Shown here: positions 11,869 through 21,488 of the stretch, one piece after another
Layout: each line of letters starts with the position of its first letter
Numbering within the stretch: the stretch's first letter is position 1
Assembly (NCBI GenBank): GCA_026023565.1
Contig: JAPETS010000042.1
Location: 186,001 to 234,226 of the forward strand
Origin: Cirrosporium novae-zelandiae
Lineage: Eukaryota
Reading direction: 5' to 3'
Length of the DNA stretch: 48,226 nucleotides
Position numbers and translations under genes: made by a program
The notes under the pieces: generated by a model
Told to the model about the DNA's origin: nothing
The model's database searches: none
The model's input: the letters and a program-made list of their open reading frames with translations, nothing else

Positions 11869-13097
11869 ATGCTACAGCTACATTATAGCTATGTTATACT
11901 GTTAATAACCTTATCTGAAAAGATTATACTGCATCCCGCAGGAGCTCCAGTAGAGACTTACAGAGCCGGTCCTTATAGTCTTGAAAAGCGCATCATGAGG
12001 GTAGAGTATTGGGTAGAACTTACTGCCGAATATACAAACCCCTACTTCACCGAGATATTAGGAGAAAAGAAAGCACCTAAAGGGACAGATCTGATTGCGA
12101 ATGCGCGTTATCCAAATAATATAGTAGCTACAACGTACCTTCATTATTTGAAAGGGAAAGAAAAGGAAACAGATGATCATGCTTACTTCGGATATACCAT
12201 GAATCCCCCAAACCGGAAAAGTGATCATAAAAACGGCAGGCATCCAACATCGTACCATCATCAAGTCATCCGAGAAGATTCCTGGGAGCATTATTTGTTG
12301 TAATTGTGGAAATCCCAAAGGATTACCCTCACGCTGAAATGGCGTGCAGATTGGCTGAGGCCGTGTACTCATCTTGGCTTAAAGGATATATGCCCGGAAA
12401 GGAGACGGATGGATTGAATCGTCTTAGTCCATATAAAAATGTGGACTGGAAGGGGGACTGTTCGCATTCGGCCCTGAGAGAAGCCATAAATGGAACAATA
12501 ACCATGAGCCAGAAAGAAAGGTACCATATCCACAACAAAAATCCCCTCTGGCTGGAACGGCATAGAGCGTACATAGGGAGGTCAGATATAAAAGCCAAGG
12601 CAAGAACGAGAATGATCGAGAAGAAGAAAAATGATCGATCTTTTGCACTACGACTAAATCAAATAGCCAAAGAGAAAAGAGCGGCGGCAAAACTCCAGAA
12701 CCCGGAAGAATACCAGGCGAAGGTCAGGGAAGCAACCAGGAAAGCGGCCATCCGGCAAACCCGGATAAGGACCACCGAGCCGGAAAGATTCCAACAGGAA
12801 CGGGATAAAATAAACCAGCAAGATAGAGACAGGCGTGCGGTTAGGAAAGAGGAGGATCCTGAAAAGGATCGCACGTTATTAGACAAGAAGGCCAAACGGG
12901 AGAACAGGAAAAACAGCAAGAGGAAGGCAGAAGACCTAGAGGGGCACAGGGCATATTGTGATGCCAATAATAAAAGAGTGGCCGCAAGGACGGCGGATAT
13001 GAAGGAAAATGATCCGGTAGCGTACCGAGCATTTTTAGATAAAAAGAATGAGCAGAAGAGGAAGACCAGAGCTGCAAAAAAAGCAAAGAGTAGCTAG
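11869..13097 (+). pseudogene. GIY-YIG-like endonuclease with C-terminal 26-aa basic repeats, split by a -1 frameshift at about 12292-12296 (pseudogene or assembly error)
   Basis: TYLHYL..HAYFGYTMNPPNRKSDH matches the Y..YxGxT..R..H pattern. After the shift the sequence reads (F)VVIVEIP..CRLAEAVY..GLN, supplying the helix Glu and late Asn. Adding one T to TATTT fuses ORFs 11869-12303 and 12306-13097. Confidence 0.6.
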
Positions 13098-14549
13098 ATG
13101 AAAGAAGACTAGAATATGGATGAAGAGTTTACTCGAGTACTGCGGTATCAGGCGCCCTACTGCTTCACAATTGAGCTTAACCATTCAAAGTTAAATTCCG
13201 GTGGTAGTGTCGAGTATTTCTGCTTTTGCTTTGGGTCAGTTGAATGTATTTCTAGTCTACCTATCTAAAATTTGATAAACTTCCCATTTGCTGCAATGAC
13301 TGCTTCGCAGCGAGCTTTCATTTTATCTACGTTTAATAAATTTTGAACCAATACTCTATAGAGACATCAATTAGTGACACCAAAAGCCAGGCTTCCCGGA
13401 AATGTCTGGTATGACTACCACCTACCTATTTTGTTGATGATCCCCTTCATTTTTTTTTATAAAGCCTAAATTCTTACTAAACCCCCACAGTACTTGCATA
13501 GCATGAAAATAGTTTACGGGGTATATAATCCAACGAACCCATCTAAAGGTATCCCAGATTTATAGTTGGATGGAAAATTATTCAGGAACGTGATGGAAAT
13601 GCCAATGAACTGAATCATGAAAGAGAGGCGGAAAGCTAGGGAAAAGCAGGTGGTGGCGGGTAAAAAGGAAAAAGGGAAGGAATGATCGAAAAAAAAACCT
13701 CAGGTTATTTCCAGAAAGAGGATGGAGGAAGAAGATTCGATTGATTTTCGGTGCAGAAATGGTTTTGGATGATGGAATCAGCGCTTGGCGTTGGTGTGTG
13801 GTTTCATAATGGATTTAGATGTATTGTATAGCGAAAGGGCTGGTGGTTGGTTGAATGGACCCCAGGGCCGATATCTTGGCACCTCTCGCTCAGGCCGATG
13901 GGGAGGCTCCACCCTTATCTCAGTGGGGTACATCGGGTACTTGGTCGGTACTGGTAGCACTGAGTGACACCGAGAGGCCTTGGGACGTGGATCCAAAGAA
14001 TAATGTTAACATGGAATTATTTCATTTTATTATTGTTTGACTTTCTTACTTTCTTGACCTTTTGGAGTTGCATCCGTGGCAGTATGTGACAGTCTCTCTT
14101 AAGTTCTGACTCCTGACAATCCAGAAAGTTTTGTAAAGGTGGTATCTATTCAGCTATTCATGTCACATTCGGTGCAACCCAACAAGGAACCTGTTCGTCA
14201 ATCCTACATATACTTTCGACTGCTCGTAAAGCCTTCGAGGTCTCGAGATGTTAAGCTTTTGATTTATTTTATACTTTACCGTCGACCTCGCAAGATGATA
14301 GCTATCCGTTCTTTGTATGGCCAATGTCATCTCTTTTTCTAGAAAACTCCAAGTTTATAACCAGGAATTGCCAACATTTCCAAGGCCACCCCCAGGGCCA
14401 CCAGAGCCACCAAAGTGCCGTTTATGCCAAATGATCGACAAGGATATTTACGCCATGACCCAATAATCCATGACATAGTCGAGGATGGGAATCCTAGAAT
14501 CCTCCCGGGTAGGTGCTTTAACGTGGAAGGTGGGAAGAGAGACAATAGT

Positions 14550-15180
14550 TAGAGAGATATAGATAGATAGATACCTAGACGGTTTAGCAATGAGATTCAA
14601 TAATTATCTTGAAGAAAGTTGAAGAAGCACCAATTGTAGAAATATGTTTGTCGCATTTGACTTGGTAATACTTAATACCATGACTGTCTGTCAAGCGTTG
14701 AACCAATCAAATGTCGCGGATAAGTGAGTTGCATCGAGCAAATTAGAGCCAAGTGTGAGCTATCTTGGACTACCCTCAACTATCCTGAACTATCGCGGTA
14801 GTTACTCACCCCCGACCTTTTTGCCTCTTCATCTTGGGTTCTAAGTGGTTCATACTTCCACAATGACTTTTGGGAGAAAACAGTTCTTAACAATTACTTT
14901 AACGTTAGAGCCATGTCCTGATACCCTTGTGGAGGGCTATGCCGAATACGTCAGCTATCCCTACCGTGCCCTCGCCATCCTGCCATACTAAGTATGTGCA
15001 TCCTAACTAATAGACGCCTCTGCCATCATTCAAATTGACCCTCCTTGCTGTCGCTCTGCCAGTTTTCACCTCACCTTTTTCTCCCCCAACTCTTGATTTC
15101 TCGTTCTGTCTTCCTTTCCCTCCTTTCCCTATTCCATCTTTACAGGCCCTCTGTGAGGTCCCTCAGTTCTATCATTAATT
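14550..15180 (+). promoter_or_regulatory. Cluster of GATA (AreA/NIT2-type) sites upstream of the amino-acid permease
   Basis: GATAGATAGATA at about 14562, GATAAG at about 14718, and several CTATC sites between 14760 and 15175. This fits nitrogen regulation of GAP1-type genes. Confidence 0.4.
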
Positions 15181-15199
15181 TATAGATACTGTGTATAAC

Positions 15200-17096
15200 A
15201 TGGAGCCGTCCAAGGTCGACGTCGAGAAGGGTGATTACTCTCCAGATACTGCTTCAGATCACATCTACTCTGGAGAGGCAGAAGGAGCACATCGGTCATG
15301 GGGAACTCGTTTTGTCGATAGCTTCAAGCGGGATCCGAATGCTGCCGTGATCCCCAAAGGAACGGTTGGCGCTGATGGAAAGGTCTTCGATGCCGGTGCT
15401 GCGGCCGAAGCAACTGCAAATTCCCCTCTTGCGAGGAAACTCAAGGGTAGACATTTGCAGATGATTGCTATTGGTGGTTCTATTGGTATGCAACAACCCT
15501 TCTTCTCCTAGGCTAGGCATTCTATCCACAAGAATAAAATACTGATAAATAATAATAGGTACTGGTCTCTTCGTCGGTTCTGGAAAGGCGTTGGCGAATG
15601 GAGGCCCAGCATCATTAATCCTTGCCTTTGGTTTAATCGGTATCATGTTGTACTGCACGGTTCACGCTTTGGGTGAAATGTCTGTTCTTTTCCCTGTTGC
15701 CGGTTCCTTTTCCGCCTATTCGACCCGTTTCTTGGATCCAGCCTGGGGTTTCGCCATGGGTTGGAACTACGCCATGCAATGGCTTGTCGTACTTCCCCTC
15801 GAAATCGTTGCTGCTTCAATCACTATCAACTATTGGCAGCATGTTACGTCTAATGCTGCTTGGGTGGCTATTTTCTTGGTCATCATTATTTCCATCAACC
15901 TTTTCGGTGTTAAAGGATATGGTGAAGCTGAATTCGTTTTCGCCATTATCAAGGTTGTTGCAGTTATTGGGTTCATGTAAGCTGTCCTAGAAGATGACAA
16001 TCCCATCTGAATTTCAAACTGACCCTTTCATAGCATTCTCGGTATAATTCTGGACTGTGGTGGTGGACCAAAAGGAGGATATATTGGCGGGAGATATTTC
16101 CACGACCCTGGTGCCTTCAACAATGGTTTTAAAGGTCTCTGCTCTGTCTTTGTGACCGCTGCGTTTGCATTCGCTGGTACTGAACTCGTTGGTCTCGCGT
16201 CCGCCGAAACTGGCAACCCTCGCAAATCCCTTCCCACAGCTGTCAAGCAAGTGTTTTGGCGAATTACCCTCTTCTATATTGTCTCTCTTACTCTGATTGG
16301 CCTTCTTGTCCCTTACACCAATCAACGCCTAATTAGCGGGTCCAGCAGCGCCGATGCAAAAGCTTCGCCATTTGTCATCGCCATCGAGAATGCTGGAATC
16401 CAAGGCCTTCCATCCGTCTTCAACGTCGTCATTATGATCGCTGTTCTCTCGGTTGGAAATTCATCCATCTACGGCTCCAGTCGAACCCTTGCTGCCCTTG
16501 CCGACCAAAACCAAGCCCCCAAGATCCTCGGTTATATTGACCGTCACGGCCGGCCTATCGTCTCCATTGCTGTTGCATCCGCGCTCGGCTTCCTCGCTTT
16601 CCTCGCTGCTTCCGACGTAGAGGGCGATGCCTTTACCTGGATGCTTGCCCTTTCAGGTCTCTCCTCGATCTTTACTTGGGGCTCCATCTGCCTCGCTCAT
16701 ATCCGTTTCCGTGCCGGCTGGAAAGCACAAGGACATAGTCTTGATGAATTGGCCTTTCGCTCGCAACCTGGCATTATTGGTTCCTGGATTGGTTTCGGCT
16801 TCAATTGTCTTGTTCTTATCGCCCAGTTCTGGACCGGCTTTGCGCCCATTGGCTATGGCTCCATGTCTGCCTCCGAGCGTGTTGAGACCTTCTTCGAGGA
16901 TTATCTGGCTGCGCCGATCGTTATCCTCTTTTACATCGGCTACAAGATCTACTATCGCACTCCGTTTATGAAGGCCAAAGATATGGATCTCGTGACCGGA
17001 AGGAGAGAGCTCGACATTTCTGCCTTGGTTGCAGAGGAGAAGGCTGAGCGGGCGATGTGGCCAAAGTGGAAGAAAGCCTACAAGTTCTTCTGTTAA
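15200..17096 (+). CDS. GAP1: General amino-acid permease (YAT/APC family), 2 introns
   Basis: [50 protein letters not shown] and ASPFVIAI motifs, with many TM helices. Confidence 0.85.
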
Positions 17097-17657
17097 ATAA
17101 ACTAGGGCTTTCCTACGAAAGTATGTGCTAATATCATGTTATATTTTGATAAGGTGGCTTGGGTTTTTGTATAATGCCTAAACTACGATAAAAGGCCTCC
17201 CGACTAAATAGGAAGGATAGATAAAAATAAAAAGAATTTCAATGCCATTTAGGTATGTTGTGCCATCGTAATTAGAAATCTCTTTCCATGAGTATTGAGG
17301 TTTGCTTTCAATGGAAGTTCAAACTGAAGTGCAATCTTAAAGGTGGACGCTTTTAGGGTTGATATATCCTAAAAAGTAGACCTGACGTTCAAACAAGCCA
17401 TCTGCACCCCATCCGAGTAACCGTATGCAGTCATCCGTGTCATCTTAAAAATCTCACCTTCCTCTTAGACTCCGACTCTAAAAATCAGAGTTTCACCTGA
17501 CGCTAATCCGTATTAGGTTACCCGAGACGCATCCGATTCCGAGGGAAATTTAGGGCACACTTTGAATCTCACATCTCGAATTTCAAGCTCGAATTTGATC
17601 GACGACGGAATAAACGACACGACAACGACAACGACCAAATTTCACTCGACGCTCATC

Positions 17658-18370
17658 ATGGCCGTCCAAGAACGAACTGGCATTGCATGGGGCCAAAACT
17701 GTGGACATGTACATCTCCCACCTTGGAGTTTTCCAAGTTCTACCTGAATGCGCCGGAGCTAATTATGGTTGAAATGGGTATAGAAAACTACGCTACGCGA
17801 ACGCAAGGTCCGTATTTCGCAATCAAGGGGTCATCTGAGCAAGAGAACGGCATTTATAAAAGACGTTGTGAAGGAGGTTTCGGGATTGGCACCTTATGAG
17901 AGACGGGTTATTGTAAGTTTTTTTAACCTGATTGAGCTGTCCAGGGAAGATGGGCGAAGAGCAAAGGATGAATGATTGGCTTGGAATGAAAGTAGACGGG
18001 GTAGGATCAGGGGAGAGAAGCTGAGATATTAGCTTATTAGACATGAAGGAGAAATGGTTATGGCAGGACGATCTGAGGCTGACGTGAGCCTGTGATATAG
18101 GAACTTATTCGGAACAGCAAAGACAAACGTGCTAGGAAGCTCGCGAAGAAGAGGGTATGCTTCGTCTCTTTTCATTTCCTATTGCCTATTCACCTACCGT
18201 TATCCAAAAGACTTCTACTCAGGAGCCAAGACCTCTTCAGGATCTCTTATGCCCAGATTAAGTAACTAACCCCCCTATTACCACAGCTTGGAACCTTCGG
18301 TCGCGCCAAAGCGAAGGTCGACGAACTCCAACGCGTAATCGCAGAGTCACGGAGAGCCGGCGGTCACTAG
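17658..18370 (+). CDS. RPL36: 60S ribosomal protein eL36; exons 17658-17708, 17784-17912, 18101-18154, 18287-18370
   Basis: Spliced product [105 protein letters not shown]. Not captured by the ORF track. Confidence 0.95.
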
Positions 18371-18884
18371 AAATATTCTACTTCACTGGTACATACGGCA
18401 ATGACCTGATGGGAGAAAATGGAGATAATAAGGAACGCGAGTGGGCAAAAGACTTGTTTGTGTTCCTTGAAGCCCTTGGGCGCTGCACATAAATCTGATT
18501 CCGGAGATCCTTTGGACAGTGGAACTAGAAGGCATGACACAATATAGCATAAGCTGGCAGGCAGGTGTTAAGGAAGGGATGATATCCACCTCTTTTCTTT
18601 CTTGACGAAAAATGGAGCATTGAAATGGGAGTTTTACATACCCTTCTTAGCGACAGCAAACAAAAGGAGAAAAAAAAAGAAAAAGAAACAATTTTCTATA
18701 TTCATATTCATTATTTAAACCCTTCACAAACTGGCTACAAATTCTGCCCAAGTTTGAGGTCGGCTCGGCTTAACTTCCATTGCTACGTCTCACTGGTTGG
18801 TTTGATTTTAGGGGGCCTAACTCTCGAGAAATATTTTTTCGTAGCCTGGGAATCTATCTAGATGTGGATTTGGATTTGAGGGTT

Positions 18885-18928
18885 GTTGAGATGTTGAGAT
18901 GTTGAGATGTTGAGATGTTGAGATGTTG
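18885..18928. repeat. (GTTGAGAT)5.5 minisatellite
   Basis: Perfect 8-bp tandem repeat. Confidence 0.9.
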
Positions 18929-19496
18929 GGCTTGGTAGGGTGGGATGGGGTTATGGATATGGTAATTGTGAGAGGTTGGTTTTTTTAATTGGCTAGTGAG
19001 AGGGGGAGGAGGCGAGGAGGAAGTGTAGGTAGGCAAGAGGAAATCTAGGCTACGTTCTATAGTTAAGGGTACTTTACTTATGTCTATTGTTTATAGTCTA
19101 CACTACAAAATTACAAAAAGTGCACACAGCAGTTTTTTTTTTGGTCCAGAGTTAATATCTATTTGATAGTAATCTAAGACCTATTTTTGCTCCCCTATAA
19201 TTATTTCCGTAATCAGGAAGAAAAAGAAGAAAAAGCAGACTCTTTCGGCATCCAAAAAATAAATTCGGAAGCTTCAAAGGTCGCATTCTGCGTCCAACGG
19301 GAAAGAATGCTTTTTATATAAATTGTAGTAGCGAGCTGATGTGTGGTTGTCGTTGTATTGGCATCAACCGCCGAGAATCAAAAAAAAGGAGGTAATGTTC
19401 AGTAGAGAAAGCGGGAACGTCCGTTTATATGTTGTTTTTTTTGTTTTATCTTATCAACAAGGATATGAGAGTTAGTTTTCGACGGGGACGATCCGC

Positions 19497-19991
19497 TTAT
19501 TGAGGGAGGGAGGCAAGAGCATCAGCGGCAGCAGCAGCGAGGGCACTGGCAGCGCGTTTAGCCTTCTGACAAGGCTGGCCGGGGCGACCGCACCAGCCGG
19601 CCTCGGGCTGAGCAAGAGCCTCAGAGACGGCCTCAGCGGCGCGCCTGACTTTCTGGCAGCCCTGGCCGGGACGGCCGCACCAAGACTTTCCGGCTTCGGC
19701 ATCAGCCTCGGCGAGGGGCTCGGCGTAGGCTTCGGCGACGGCATCAGCTGCAGCGGCGGCGAGGGCGTCAGCTGCACGCTTGGCCTTCTGGCATGGCTGG
19801 CCGGGACGGTGGCACCAGCCGCGGACTTCGACGTCGCGGGCTGCGATGGCCTCGGGGGCGGCGAGAGCCTCGGATACGGCATCAGCTGCGCGCTTGATCT
19901 TCATCTCGACGGAGTCGGAGACGGGATCAGCGATAGCTGCAGCGGAAGCAGCGGCCATAAGGCCGGTGAGAGCGATGGCAATGAACTTCAT
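19497..19991 (-). CDS. ppg1: Alpha-factor-like mating pheromone precursor
   Basis: Signal peptide, Kex2 KR/RR sites, X-A/X-P spacers and three WCxRPGQxC peptides, as in ppgA/ccg-4/ppg1. Confidence 0.93.
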   Translation of the reverse strand: MKFIAIALTGLMAAASAAAIADPVSDSVEMKIKRAADAVSEALAAPEAIAARDVEVRGWCHRPGQPCQKAKRAADALAAAAADAVAEAYAEPLAEADAEAGKSWCGRPGQGCQKVRRAAEAVSEALAQPEAGWCGRPGQPCQKAKRAASALAAAAADALASLPQ

Positions 19992-20432
19992 TTTGATTGT
20001 TGATGTTAGAGGCTTGTGGGGTGTTTTTTTTTTTATTTGAAGATTAGAGTGAGCGTGATATTAGCTGTCTGTTAACGATAGTGAAAGCTCGTTTGGGGAA
20101 AAAGTATTCTCGGGGGATGTTTTAAATGTTTTTATAGATGGAGAATATACAGGGGAGACAAGAGTTAACCAGGTTTCTGGAGAGGCTTAGAGACACATAC
20201 AAAGAGGAAGACAAGCCCGTAGACCGTGAGCCTTTGAAATATGGTGTTGGTTATAACTTCGGTACTACCAAATCTTAGAAGTTAGAGCCTCCTCTTCCTG
20301 GTGGAAGGGCCTAGCCCCTGAATTTGCTTGAGCACTCGAAGAAAGAACCATTAACGACGGGAGAGCAGATAAGGACCTAATATCTTCAGAAGTAAATCTA
20401 GAAGGCCACAAGAGTGTGCTCTCAAGAAAGGG

Positions 20433-20600
20433 TCATTGAGGGTGCTGTCAAAACGATTACCCGATTTGGGTATCAATAACATCGAATTAGGGTATCAATA
20501 ACACTAAACGAGGGCTGGAGACAAACAACTTATACAAATGAATAGAAATCAATAGATCCAAGAAGGAATGATATAAAGAAAAGCTCAAGGAATAATTGAG
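20433..20600. promoter_or_regulatory. Putative Mcm1/MAT1-1-1 (alpha1) composite sites upstream of the pheromone gene
   Basis: Direct repeat GGGTATCAATAACA at 20468-481 and 20490-503, each preceded by a CArG-like 10-mer. Further HATTGA sites at 20433, 20549 (minus) and 20593. Confidence 0.55.
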
Positions 20601-21488
20601 AGTAAAAGCATTCCATTGTGAATGCTGATCTGCATGGTCATAGGTCATAATTTTTTTATACTGACCGATACGCGTTTGCCTTGGCTGGGCTGGCTATCTT
20701 GGAATGCGGTTCGGGATTCTACCTATCAGATTAGCCAAGTAGGGTAAATTTCAGCTTGGCTGGACCTAAGGAGCCTCCAAAACCTACAGCAGAAGTAGCA
20801 GCCCTTGAAGTTATTCCTAGTTGCTTTCCATATCCTCCATATCAAGCTCGCTCCTGTCCTATGATCATCAAGGTTAACCTGCTTACCATGTATAAATTAC
20901 TAAAGACCGCCAACACGAGTATTCACTCTAGTGGCGGGTTATAGTAATAGAAGAGCTGCCCCAGGAACCGAGTGCTATAAATCACTCCAGGTCCTTGCTG
21001 CGACACAAAGGGGATTGTCCTTCTCATGATCCAAGTCTTAAATATGAAAATAAGATATAATTCTTATGAATTCCGCTTTTCACATAGTTGTGAAAATATA
21101 ATAATGTGTGTTCTCTGGTAGAATCGATAAGGAGTGCCATTCGCCACAGGTGCTCGTCTCGTGGAACAGATGACATCGAAATCCCTAGTCAAAAATAAAG
21201 GCCATCTAGTTCCAAAACATTATACAAATGTTTGATCTCCCACTAGACACTTCACTTTCGTTCAGTATCTCTTAGAAGATAATATCAGGTCTGACGTAAA
21301 TGGTAAGTGAAAAAGGGATCTAGTGACGCGCGATTTAACTCAGCGTGCAAGCTAACCAACCGCTTAGATGTGGCCGCTTGAACGTTACTCTTCTGAACTT
21401 TAGCAGACCCCAAACTTCAAATCTCGCTCACTATCATAAGTTACAATTTACACTCTCCACTCCGTTTCTAATATTTCTTGCTGGCACA

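Noticed and set aside
11869..13097. Mitochondrial insertion (NUMT) or Penelope-like retroelement as the source of the GIY-YIG ORF
   Set aside because: Trp is encoded by TGG, GC content is moderate, no mitochondrial exons flank it, and no reverse transcriptase or hammerhead core was seen. A distant origin is not excluded.
13850..13970. HDV-like ribozyme on the minus strand (GCC-UCCCCAUC-GGC)
   Set aside because: No catalytic C-x-A-A J4/2, P1 is mismatched, and the wobble pairs favour the plus strand.
17913..18100. C/D box snoRNA in RPL36 intron 2
   Set aside because: CTGA boxes are present, but there is no RTGATGA box C and no convincing rRNA antisense element.
19472..20040. Overlapping and antisense ORFs across the pheromone gene
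   Set aside because: By-products of GC-rich, Ala-rich codon usage.
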